Below, one piece after another: positions 30,224 through 39,272 of a stretch of 64,000 nt of DNA (position 1 is its first letter; each line of letters starts with the position of its first letter). Location of the stretch: the NCBI GenBank assembly GCA_000437755.1, contig FR900145.1:50242-114241 (forward strand). Reading direction: 5' to 3'. A program made the translations under genes and the position numbers. The DNA comes from Roseburia sp. CAG:303. Its GTDB lineage: Bacteria; Bacillota; Clostridia; Lachnospirales; Lachnospiraceae. The notes under the pieces are model-generated. The model did no database searches, had not been told where the DNA came from, and saw only the letters and a list, made by a program, of their open reading frames with translations.

Positions 30224-31241
30224 TGCAGTAAAAGAAGTTAAACCAAAGAAGGAAAAAGCAGAAAAAGTTAAAGTAAAAAAAGCCAAGACTCCTATGTCGA
30301 AGGAAAAGCTTCACAAGATAATGTTTGGTACGAAAGATGACATGGGCCTCTTGAAAAAAATTGTGGTTTATGTTATACTTACCTGTGTTGGATTTGTGTT
30401 TGTATATCCATTATTAAAGGTATTAAGTACAAGTTTCATGTCATTGTCAGATTTGTTTGACTCATCCATCAACTGGATTCCGTCAAAGCTCAGATTTGAG
30501 AACTACAGGACAACCATGAAAGCCATGAATTACTGGAAATCATTAAAAGACAGCTTTATTATATCCGGTCTTCCTACTTTATGTCAGGTAGTTTCCTGTT
30601 CCATCGTAGGATACGGACTTGCAAGATATAATTTTAAAGGAAAGAACTTTATCATGGGATTGATTATCTTCTCATTTGTTCTTCCTAGTTCACTTTTAAT
30701 GACAACACAGTATCAGATGTATACATCTTTTGGATGGACAGGTAAACTGATGACATTTATTTTCCCTGCTATTCTGGCAAATGGATTTAAGTCACAGTTG
30801 TTTATCCTGATCTGCTGGTCATTCTTCAAGCAGATTCCGCCGGTATTAAATGAAGCGGCTGCTATTGATGGTGCCGGACATTTTAAATCATTCTTTAAGA
30901 TTGCACTTCCATCAGCAGCAGGAGCATTAATCGTAGTATTAATCTTCTCCTTCGTATGGTACTGGAATGAACAGTATTTATCACAGCTTTACTTATACAG
31001 TAAGGTTAAGGAAAACAATATTTATACACCGTTGATTAATCAGCTGTCAATCTTTGATTCGGCGTTCGACAGTGCATATAACAGTAATACTGGTTCTGGT
31101 TCGTCAAATTCAGCGACGATCAATGATGCTTACCGAATGGCAGCAACGATATTAACTATTTTACCGTTATTAATTATTTATGCAGTTTTACAGAAGCAGT
31201 TCGTAGAAAGTGTGGACAGAGCTGGTATCACTGGTGAATAA
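30216..31241 (+). CDS. ABC transporter permease (MalG-type) with Lys-rich N-terminal extension
   Basis: EAA loop EAAAIDGAGHFKSFFKIALP; GGGAGGAGG RBS before ATG 30216; N-terminal KEVKPKKEKAEKVKVKKAK. Confidence 0.75.
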   Translation: MADAVKEVKPKKEKAEKVKVKKAKTPMSKEKLHKIMFGTKDDMGLLKKIVVYVILTCVGFVFVYPLLKVLSTSFMSLSDLFDSSINWIPSKLRFENYRTTMKAMNYWKSLKDSFIISGLPTLCQVVSCSIVGYGLARYNFKGKNFIMGLIIFSFVLPSSLLMTTQYQMYTSFGWTGKLMTFIFPAILANGFKSQLFILICWSFFKQIPPVLNEAAAIDGAGHFKSFFKIALPSAAGALIVVLIFSFVWYWNEQYLSQLYLYSKVKENNIYTPLINQLSIFDSAFDSAYNSNTGSGSSNSATINDAYRMAATILTILPLLIIYAVLQKQFVESVDRAGITGE

Positions 31242-31372
31242 TACCAATATATTATGCAGGAAATTCTCCGGAATTTCCTGTATGATTTGAATTTATCATA
31301 TGGGTTTAAGTATGCCTGGCATACTGCCAATAAATAAAAAAAGGGAAAAATTAATAAAAAGGAGGATGTCTT

Positions 31373-32875
31373 ATGTCAAAGAACATAAAGAAAGTGCTTT
31401 GCTTAACTCTTGCAGTAGCTATGACAGGAAGCCTGTTTACAGCATGTGGTAAGAAAGAAGAGAAGAAGCAGGTTGCAACTCTGTCACCAATGACCGAGGA
31501 TGAAATCACTCTTACTTACCAGTTCTGGGAAGATGGTCCTATTGTAGACTCTCTGAATAAAGAATGGGCAAAGAAATACCCTAACATCACAGTAAAACCA
31601 AGTGAGGTACTTGTTACAGACAACAATACAAACTTAACGAACTATCTGGGAACAGATAACATGCCGGACGTATTCTGGGTACTTGGTACACCGGATTTCG
31701 CAATCACAAATGGTATGTTAACTAACATGGATGGTATGTGGAGTGCAGACCCTGATACAAAGAATGTTATCGGTGGTATCAATGAATTCCAGCTTGGATA
31801 TCTTGGAACAGACGGCAAGTGGACAACACCTGTTAAGTTCTTCCCAACAGAAGCATGGTTAAACATGAACTACTTCACAACACATAATGCAGATATGCCA
31901 TCTACAGACTGGACATTTGAAGATATGGAATCTTTAGCAGAAAGCCTTACAACTGGTGATGGCCAGGGATGGGGTGTATCTGAAGCTGTTACAGTTATCA
32001 CATGGTATCCTATCGCATCTGATGCAGATTGTATCGGTGAGTTCGGTTGGAATGGTAAAGAATTTGACCTGACTAACTGGGCTGACGGTGTGGAAATTGA
32101 AAAAGGATGGATCGACAAAGGTTACAAAGCTCCTGCTGTTATCGAAGGAACAGACAACCAGTTTCCTCAGGATTTAGGTATGGTTGCTATGCGTCTTGAT
32201 AACTGGTGGTGCTGGGAAAGATATTGGGACAAAGATGAAATGTATACACGTCATGTATACTGGGTTCCATATGTACTCCCTCATACCGAAGACAATTCAA
32301 GCAGTGATACATATCTTGCTACCATGGACTTTGGTGGTATTTATGCTGACTGTGCTTATCCTCGTGAAGCATACGAAGTTCTTAAATACTTTACATGGGG
32401 TCCGGAAGGATGGACATACAAACTTTCCAAATATGATGAAATCGTTGCTGTTGGTGCAGAAGGTGACGGAGCTTCCGTATCAGGTTTAGTTCCTGGACCT
32501 ATCAATAACTGCCCAATCACAACAGATGATACTATCTGGGAAGAATACCAGAAGAAACATCCAACAACTCTTGCTGGTGGTGATACAGAAGGTAAAGATC
32601 AGTATGGTATTGATAGAGCTCCTTACTTTGATGCATTCTTTGAAACCGTTAAGAATTCTAAGTGGACATGCTATGGTTCCGCTCAGATTCCTGGATTCGA
32701 TACATGGTTAGCTAACAACTACAACTCAGCTACTATGTACGATGGTTTCGAAGGTGTAGAAAAATGGGTATTTGAAGGTGGCGGAGATCCTGCAGATAAA
32801 GTTGCAGACTTAACAGAATCAGCTAACCAGACAAATCAGGACTACATCAACCAGATTAAGTCAGTATTAGAGTAA
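31373..32875 (+). CDS. extracellular solute-binding lipoprotein (ABC transporter SBP, family 1)
   Basis: Lipobox LFTAC at residues 21-25; Trp-rich SBP fold; AAGGAGGA RBS. Confidence 0.75.
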   Translation: MSKNIKKVLCLTLAVAMTGSLFTACGKKEEKKQVATLSPMTEDEITLTYQFWEDGPIVDSLNKEWAKKYPNITVKPSEVLVTDNNTNLTNYLGTDNMPDVFWVLGTPDFAITNGMLTNMDGMWSADPDTKNVIGGINEFQLGYLGTDGKWTTPVKFFPTEAWLNMNYFTTHNADMPSTDWTFEDMESLAESLTTGDGQGWGVSEAVTVITWYPIASDADCIGEFGWNGKEFDLTNWADGVEIEKGWIDKGYKAPAVIEGTDNQFPQDLGMVAMRLDNWWCWERYWDKDEMYTRHVYWVPYVLPHTEDNSSSDTYLATMDFGGIYADCAYPREAYEVLKYFTWGPEGWTYKLSKYDEIVAVGAEGDGASVSGLVPGPINNCPITTDDTIWEEYQKKHPTTLAGGDTEGKDQYGIDRAPYFDAFFETVKNSKWTCYGSAQIPGFDTWLANNYNSATMYDGFEGVEKWVFEGGGDPADKVADLTESANQTNQDYINQIKSVLE

Positions 32876-32901
32876 TAAAAACAGATATAATGTAATCCCT
32901 T

Positions 32902-32934
32902 CCTCCCGCAGGTTTTCCGGCGGGAGGTTTTCTA
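32902..32934 (+). terminator. rho-independent terminator closing the 19302-32875 operon
   Basis: cctcccgc-aggttttccg-gcgggagg followed by ttttc. Confidence 0.7.
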
Positions 32935-33045
32935 TATTATGGGAAATTCCTACATAAAAGGATAGATAAAAAGAAAAAAATATGATATACTGGACTCATG
33001 GAAAGCAGGCCGTACTGGATGGGAAACGGCAGAAAGTGAGGAAAT

Positions 33046-36000
33046 ATGGCAATAGAAGAAATATCACGGATTCCTGTCGGAGATATGATATTACGATATG
33101 AACAGGAAACCGATTATGCTACGGCTGGTTTTTCTGTTATTCCGGCAGATATGGATGGCCAAGACAATGCAGAGAAATTCTACAGAATCAATTCACTTGT
33201 GCAGATGAAACTGGTGGGTGATATGTATCCGAACTGTTACGGACACGGTTCGTCCATGCGTAACAGCGAATCTGCCAACAGGCTGGATTATAAGAGTCAG
33301 GTAGTGGAAGAAACAGAAGATGCCACCATCGTTAAGACATTCTTAGAAGATGCGAGAGGATACCGTGTCACGCATATTGTGACTTATTATCAGGGTGATG
33401 AAAGCTTTGAGATGAAGAACATCGTGGAAAATGTGTCCGGACAGGATATCACGATGGAGATGCTCTCCAGCTTTGAACTGGGGAATATATCCCCATTCTT
33501 AACAGGGGACGGACCAGAAAAACTGCTGGTGCATCGTCTGAGAAGTAAATGGAGCCATGAAGGAAGATTATCGACGGAAACTGTGGAAGATCTGCAATTA
33601 GAACCGTCCTGGTCCACATGGTCCGTGTCCAGTGAAAGATTTGGACAGACAGGTTCGATGCCGGTGAAGAAGTTCTTTCCTTTTGTAGCGATAGAAGATA
33701 CCGAGAATGAAGTTCTCTGGGGTGTGCAGCTTGCGCACGAGGCATCCTGGCAGATGGAAGTGTACCGTCAGGACGATGCATTGCATATTTCCGGCGGCAT
33801 CGCAGACCGTGAATTTGGACACTGGATGAAGGTGCTTCATCCTGGAGAATCATTTGAAACTCCGACTGCCATTGTCAGTGTATGCCATGGCGGCGGGATT
33901 GACAGAATCTGTCACAGACTGACACAGGCGGCAGAGAAATATCTGGATGATATTCCGGAGAGCGAACAACATCTTCCAATCATCTTTAATGAATATTGTA
34001 CGACCTGGGGCTGCCCTTCCCATGAGAATATATCAGGAATTATAAATGCCATCAAGGATAGGGATTTTGAATATTTTGTCATCGACTGTGGCTGGTTCAA
34101 AGAGGACGGTGTGCCGTGGGATATCAGCATGGGAGATTATAATATATCCCCAACCCTGTTCCCGGAAGGTCTGAAGAAAACAGTGGATATGATAAAAGCT
34201 GCCGGTATGAAGCCGGGTATCTGGTTTGAGATTGATAATATCGGAAGTGCCGCAAAAGCTTATCATAATACGGAACATCAGTTAAAGAGGGATGGGTATC
34301 CGATTACAACATACAGCAGAAGATTCTGGGATATGACCGATCCGTGGGTAACTGAATATCTGACAGAGAAAGTAATCAAAACATTAAACACTTACGGATT
34401 TGAATATATGAAGATGGATTACAATGATACCATCGGCATCGGATGTGACGGAAGTGAGTCGTTAGGTGAAGGATTGCGTAAGAATATGGAAGCATCCGTT
34501 GATTTTGTGCGGAAAGTTCTTGCAGAAGTACCTGGAATCATTCTGGAGAATTGTGCATCCGGCGGACATAAGCTGGAGCCGCTGATGATGAGCTTATGCT
34601 CGATGGCATCATTTTCCGATGCACATGAATGTGAGGAGATCCCGGTAATTGCAGCAAATCTTCACCGGGCAATCCTGCCACGTCAGAGCCAGATCTGGGC
34701 TGTTATCAGAAAGACGGATAGTGTAAAGAGAATTGCCTATTCCATTGCAAATACCTTCCTTGGAAGAATGTGTCTGTCCGGCGATGTAACGGAACTGACG
34801 GAGGCACAGTGGAAAGCGATCGATGATGGTATGGCATTTTATAAGAAAATCGTCCCGATTATCAGGAAGGGATATACTTACCATGTAAGTCCGAAGATTG
34901 GCAGCGAACGTCATCTGAAGGGCTGGCAGGGTATTGTAAGAACCGGAGAGAATGGACAGGCATATGTCCTTATCCATACCTTCCACGGCGGCTATCCGGA
35001 AGTCATAGAGATACCGCTTCCGGATGACTGCCCGGATCAGATCATTGCACAGTATTCGGATGAAACGGCAGATGTGATCGTGGAAAACCGGGTATTAAAA
35101 TTAAAGACGGCGGAAGATATGCGTGCAGTGGCAGTATTATTAGCTCCGCAGGAAAGGAAAGATAAAAGAAACATGAACAAGACAGGATTTTATATCAGAC
35201 CATATACCGTAAACTGGAATAACGAAGAGTCAGACAGTTTACATCTGGAATACAGTTACGATAAGGAAGACTGGTATGCATTTAACGGAGATAACGGTAT
35301 TCTCTTTGCACAGTCAGGATCTAAGAGAATGGCAAAGCCGCAGATCGTAAAGGACGGAGATTCCTTCCGTATCTATGCCATGGATGCAGTGGACAACGAT
35401 AAGGTATTCTGCTATGAATCAAAGGATCTGATTACCTTCGGGGAAGAAAAAGTGGCTGAAAGAGCAGAAACACCGGAATATACGGCAGAATCAGCGATTG
35501 TAGAGATTACACAGGCACAGCTTGAAAACTTGCAGAAGAGATTCGGAAAGCCGGAAGAAGTGGTGATCGATCAGATCGAGGAAATCTGTGTGGAAGTAAA
35601 ACAGGGAGAAACTCCGGAATTACCGGAAACCGTGCAGATTGTATATTCCAATGGTGAAAAAGATACAAAGAAGGTTACCTGGGGAGAAGTTGATACAGAA
35701 TCCGCAGGAGAAAAGACAGTAACAGGAACAATTTACGAACATCAGTATACAAACCCGATCATTTATCACAGAGCCGATCCGTTTATCTATAAACATACGG
35801 ACGGATATTACTATTTCACCGGTTCCCATACCGATATGGAGCATAATCTGGTCGGAAAATATCAGTACCGCAATATTACGCTCCGTCGTGCAAAGACACT
35901 CGAAGGACTGGCAGATAATTCCGGACTTTATGAGGAGAGAGTGGTATATCAGAGAGAGCCGCTTCCGGGCGATAACAGCCCTCATATCTGGGCACCTGAG

Positions 36001-36792
36001 ATTCACTTCGTGCGGGGAAAATGGTACATCTACTTTACAACCGTAATCGATGAAAATGAGATGTGGTCCATCCGTCCACACGTTCTGGAATGTGCTGATG
36101 CCGATCCGTTTAAGGGAGAATGGGTAAATCTTGGAAGAGTACAGACAACCACGAATGACAGCATTGCATTTACTGATTTCTCACTTGACCATACCGTATT
36201 TGAGCATAACGGTGAATTATATATGTTCTGGCCGGAGAAACATCCTGCTGATTCCGTTATCTATGTAGCAAAGATGGTAAATCCGTGGACGATTGACTCT
36301 GACAGAATCTGTGCCGTAGTAGCACCGGAATACAACTGGGAAAGACATGGATTCCCGGTATGTGAAGGTCCGGCAGTATTGCAAAGAAATGGAAAAATCT
36401 TCCTGGTATATTCAGCAGCAGGAACGGATGCATTATACTGCCTGGGAATGTGTACCGCCGATGAGAATGCCGATTTACTGGATCCGGCATCCTGGACGAA
36501 ATCAGAACATCCGGTATTCCAGAGTTCCAGAAAGAACGGACAGTTCGGACCGGGACACAACAGCTTCACAAAAGATGAAGAAGGTCATGATGTTATGGTA
36601 TACCATGCACGTCAGGAAGAGAGATACCTTGTGGACGAAGGCTATCAGCCATTATATGATGCAGGAAGAAATGCAACACTTATGAGAATTTACTGGAATG
36701 AAGACGGTACACCGAACTTCTCCGTACCGATTCCGAGCGGAAAGGGTCACGACATTCCGACCGAATTCACAGCAAAAGTAATTGTAAAATAA
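33046..36792 (+). CDS. multidomain glycoside hydrolase: GH36-like (alpha-galactosidase fold) + Ig-like (Big_2) + GH43-like C-terminal domain; no signal peptide
   Basis: FVIDCGWFKEDG, YMKMDYND and ENCASGGHKLEP match GH36 D-G-W / KxD / SGGG motifs; Big_2-like VQIVYSNGEKDTKKVTWGEV; GH43-like YHRADPFIYKHTDGYYYFTGS...WAPEIHFVRGKWYIYFT. Confidence 0.55.
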   Translation: MAIEEISRIPVGDMILRYEQETDYATAGFSVIPADMDGQDNAEKFYRINSLVQMKLVGDMYPNCYGHGSSMRNSESANRLDYKSQVVEETEDATIVKTFLEDARGYRVTHIVTYYQGDESFEMKNIVENVSGQDITMEMLSSFELGNISPFLTGDGPEKLLVHRLRSKWSHEGRLSTETVEDLQLEPSWSTWSVSSERFGQTGSMPVKKFFPFVAIEDTENEVLWGVQLAHEASWQMEVYRQDDALHISGGIADREFGHWMKVLHPGESFETPTAIVSVCHGGGIDRICHRLTQAAEKYLDDIPESEQHLPIIFNEYCTTWGCPSHENISGIINAIKDRDFEYFVIDCGWFKEDGVPWDISMGDYNISPTLFPEGLKKTVDMIKAAGMKPGIWFEIDNIGSAAKAYHNTEHQLKRDGYPITTYSRRFWDMTDPWVTEYLTEKVIKTLNTYGFEYMKMDYNDTIGIGCDGSESLGEGLRKNMEASVDFVRKVLAEVPGIILENCASGGHKLEPLMMSLCSMASFSDAHECEEIPVIAANLHRAILPRQSQIWAVIRKTDSVKRIAYSIANTFLGRMCLSGDVTELTEAQWKAIDDGMAFYKKIVPIIRKGYTYHVSPKIGSERHLKGWQGIVRTGENGQAYVLIHTFHGGYPEVIEIPLPDDCPDQIIAQYSDETADVIVENRVLKLKTAEDMRAVAVLLAPQERKDKRNMNKTGFYIRPYTVNWNNEESDSLHLEYSYDKEDWYAFNGDNGILFAQSGSKRMAKPQIVKDGDSFRIYAMDAVDNDKVFCYESKDLITFGEEKVAERAETPEYTAESAIVEITQAQLENLQKRFGKPEEVVIDQIEEICVEVKQGETPELPETVQIVYSNGEKDTKKVTWGEVDTESAGEKTVTGTIYEHQYTNPIIYHRADPFIYKHTDGYYYFTGSHTDMEHNLVGKYQYRNITLRRAKTLEGLADNSGLYEERVVYQREPLPGDNSPHIWAPEIHFVRGKWYIYFTTVIDENEMWSIRPHVLECADADPFKGEWVNLGRVQTTTNDSIAFTDFSLDHTVFEHNGELYMFWPEKHPADSVIYVAKMVNPWTIDSDRICAVVAPEYNWERHGFPVCEGPAVLQRNGKIFLVYSAAGTDALYCLGMCTADENADLLDPASWTKSEHPVFQSSRKNGQFGPGHNSFTKDEEGHDVMVYHARQEERYLVDEGYQPLYDAGRNATLMRIYWNEDGTPNFSVPIPSGKGHDIPTEFTAKVIVK

Positions 36793-36910
36793 ACAAAAAC
36801 TAACAAAAAGCAATAAAAAGTAATAAAAAGCAACAAGAAACAACAGAAAGTAACAAAAAGCAACAAGAAACAACAGAAAGTAACAAAAAGCAATAAAAAG
36901 CAACAGATAA
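36793..36910. repeat. about 12 tandem degenerate 10-bp units (consensus yAAyAAAAAG) giving phased A-tracts
   Basis: aaacaaaaac taacaaaaag caataaaaag taataaaaag caacaagaaa caacagaaag taacaaaaag ... read directly; includes a 30-bp unit repeated twice. Confidence 0.8.
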
Positions 36911-36911
36911 A

Positions 36912-36956
36912 ATGCCGGGGAACAGCTTCATACAGCCTGCTCTCCGGCATTTTGCC
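36912..36956. terminator. bidirectional terminator hairpin between convergent GH gene and spoVA operon
   Basis: gccgggg...ctccggc stem; T/A runs on both sides. Confidence 0.55.
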
Positions 36957-36962
36957 GTAAAA

Positions 36963-37319
36963 TTACTGTTTCATTTTCGGTTTAAAAACCAGGGAAGCCA
37001 GATAACCGAAAATCAATGCACCGGATATTCCGACCGCACCCGCCTGAAAACCACCGGTAAAGACACCAATAAAGCCATTTTCATCTACCGCATCCTTTAC
37101 CCCTTTCCAGAGAGAATTTCCAAAGCTGCAAAGCGGAACTCCGGCCCCGGCACCGGAAAAGTCAATCAGGGATTCATACCAGCCGAGTGCCCCCAGCAAT
37201 GTGCCTATGACAACCAGTCCGACCATGATCCGTCCCGGCATCAGCTTTGTTTTATCAATAAAAATCTGTGTAAGTGCACAGATGACTCCGCCGACCAGAA
37301 ATGCTTTCAGATAAATCAT
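36963..37319 (-). CDS. spoVAE: stage V sporulation protein AE (SpoVAEB)
   Basis: 118-aa membrane protein; FLVGGVICALTQ...GAGAGVPLCSFGNSL...IFGYLASLVFKPK matches the SpoVAEB family pattern. Confidence 0.8.
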   Translation of the reverse strand: MIYLKAFLVGGVICALTQIFIDKTKLMPGRIMVGLVVIGTLLGALGWYESLIDFSGAGAGVPLCSFGNSLWKGVKDAVDENGFIGVFTGGFQAGAVGISGALIFGYLASLVFKPKMKQ

Positions 37320-38335
37320 AAATCACTACCTCCTGTGGATTCAAGAACGATGGCATGTGCAATTCCCGGAATGGACTGTCCTTCATTTGTGGAAACCGGG
37401 GAAAATAATGCACCCGTAGGAACAAACAGTACACGGTTCCAGACTTTTGTGCTGATGTTTTTCAGAATCAGGCTGCACAGCACGGAAGCGGAACAGCCGC
37501 ATCCGCTTGCCCCGGCATGGGTGTCCTGACGTTCGCAGTCGAAGATTTCCAGACCGCAGTCCATATGTTTTTCCGTGATATCAATGCCTTTTTCTTTTAA
37601 GAGATCCAGAAGAATCGTCTGACCGATATAGCCGAGATCTCCTGTAATAATTTTGTCATAATTCTGTGGGCTGCGTTCAAAATCCGTAAGGTGGGTATAG
37701 ATGGTGTCTGCGGCGGCAGGTGCCATGCATGCCCCCATATTTTCCTTATCTTTACATCCAAAGTCCGTGATTTTGCCCGTGGTAACAGCGGAGATCTTTG
37801 CAACACCGCTATGCTTCCCTAATATGACACCGCCCCCTCCGGTGACAGTCCATGTTGCAGAAAATTTCCGCTGTGTACCATATCCGAGCGGGAAACGGAA
37901 CGATTTCTCAGCACTTGCGAAATGGCTGGAAGTCAGACATAATATATGTTCCGCATATCCGGCTGCGATGAATGCAGAGCCGAGGGAAAGGGATTCGCCC
38001 ATGGTTGAACATGCACCGTACAATCCAAATAACGGAATGTTTAATTCCTTTAGACCGAAAGAAGTTGCAATGAGCTGTCCTAACAGATCACCGGCAAAGA
38101 TATACCGGATATCCTCCGGTTCCAGACCGGCATTTTTTATGGCAGTCTGTGCCGTCCGGAGCTGGAGCCTGCCTTCGGCATCTTCCCAGTTTTCCCCGCC
38201 AAACATAGGATCTTCCACGATTTCATCAAAAAGATCCGCAAGAGGTCCTTCCCCCTCTTTCTTCCCAACGACCGATGCATATCCCTGGATATATACCGGT
38301 TCTTCGTATGATAAACTTGCTTTTCCCAGATACAT
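37316..38335 (-). CDS. spoVAD: stage V sporulation protein AD (SpoVAD)
   Basis: 339 aa; thiolase/KAS-III-like fold with GLYGACSTMGESL; position in spoVA operon. Confidence 0.85.
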   Translation of the reverse strand: MYLGKASLSYEEPVYIQGYASVVGKKEGEGPLADLFDEIVEDPMFGGENWEDAEGRLQLRTAQTAIKNAGLEPEDIRYIFAGDLLGQLIATSFGLKELNIPLFGLYGACSTMGESLSLGSAFIAAGYAEHILCLTSSHFASAEKSFRFPLGYGTQRKFSATWTVTGGGGVILGKHSGVAKISAVTTGKITDFGCKDKENMGACMAPAAADTIYTHLTDFERSPQNYDKIITGDLGYIGQTILLDLLKEKGIDITEKHMDCGLEIFDCERQDTHAGASGCGCSASVLCSLILKNISTKVWNRVLFVPTGALFSPVSTNEGQSIPGIAHAIVLESTGGSDL

Positions 38336-38354
38336 AATAACTCCTTCCTGTCAT

Positions 38355-38810
38355 TTATTTTTCAAAAAATGTCTGAAAAATCCAGTAAATAATCCCAAGG
38401 ATCCAGCTGGACAGAATGCCGTAGAGAACGACCGGGCCGGCGATGGAAAAGATACGGCAACCGACGCCGAATACCTGGCCTTCTTTCTGGAATTCGATGG
38501 CCGGAGATGCTACGGAATTGGCAAAACCCGTAATCGGAACAAGAGTTCCTGCACCCGCATATTTTGCCAGTTTGGAATATAGTCCGAGACCGGTCAGAAT
38601 GACGGATAGAAGAATCAATACGAGCATTTCATAGTAACCCGCCGTTTCTTTCTTAAATCCCATGTTCTGGAAGAAATCCAGAAGAAACTGCCCAAGCAGA
38701 CAGATCAGCCCGCCGATCCAGAAAGCGTTGAAAATATTTTTCCAGACATTCGTGACTGGTGTTACATTTTTTACATAGTTGTCATAATTATCCTTGATTT
38801 TTTTAGCCAT
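38355..38810 (-). CDS. spoVAC: stage V sporulation protein AC (SpoVAC)
   Basis: 151-aa membrane protein; ...YAGAGTLVPITGFANSV... typical of SpoVAC. Confidence 0.85.
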   Translation of the reverse strand: MAKKIKDNYDNYVKNVTPVTNVWKNIFNAFWIGGLICLLGQFLLDFFQNMGFKKETAGYYEMLVLILLSVILTGLGLYSKLAKYAGAGTLVPITGFANSVASPAIEFQKEGQVFGVGCRIFSIAGPVVLYGILSSWILGIIYWIFQTFFEK

Positions 38811-38831
38811 TGTCAGTGTCCTTTCCTGAAA

Positions 38832-39263
38832 TTAAAACCAGTGTTTATAGAAGAAGAGAAGTGAACCGAGTGCTTTTCCGACTGCAAAACAGAGAATCAG
38901 GACTCCAAGTCCGTAATGAAGTCTTGCCCTTCGTCCAAGAACGGCTGTGACATTAAGACTTTCCGCAATCGAAACGGCGAGGGTACCTATGGCTATTCCG
39001 GTAAAACTTCCGAATAATATCAGGGGAAGCGGGTAAAAGGAGCGAAAGGAAAGAGAGACATCATACTGTTGGAAAAAATAGATACTATTTCCAAACATTC
39101 CGCCCCAGAATACCCAGGTTTCATAGGTTCTCATGGCATAACCGGTATGTGTTTTGTCCGCCATTCGCGGAAGAAGGCTTAAAGATGTAACCAGGGCAAA
39201 TACACCCGCAGATACACCGAATCCTGCACCGATCCCCGTAATAACCGATAATAAGAATGTCAT
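38832..39263 (-). CDS. spoVAB: stage V sporulation protein AB (SpoVAB)-like membrane protein
   Basis: 143-aa polytopic protein in operon position between AA and AC. Confidence 0.55.
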   Translation of the reverse strand: MTFLLSVITGIGAGFGVSAGVFALVTSLSLLPRMADKTHTGYAMRTYETWVFWGGMFGNSIYFFQQYDVSLSFRSFYPLPLILFGSFTGIAIGTLAVSIAESLNVTAVLGRRARLHYGLGVLILCFAVGKALGSLLFFYKHWF

Positions 39264-39272
39264 ACCTGCCTC

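Noticed and set aside
32184-32711. Small plus-strand ORFs inside the SBP gene in other frames
   Set aside because: Alternative-frame artefacts within the well-supported 31373-32875 CDS.
36793-36910. Possible CRISPR array (regular short repeats)
   Set aside because: Units are 10 bp with no intervening unique spacers and there are no cas genes. This is an A-tract tandem repeat, not CRISPR.
36912-37529. 205-aa plus-strand ORF
   Set aside because: Antisense to spoVAE/spoVAD with no RBS; starts within the terminator hairpin.
37701-38582. 293-aa plus-strand ORF
   Set aside because: Antisense to spoVAD/spoVAC, which have strong family matches; Pro/Ser-rich shadow frame.
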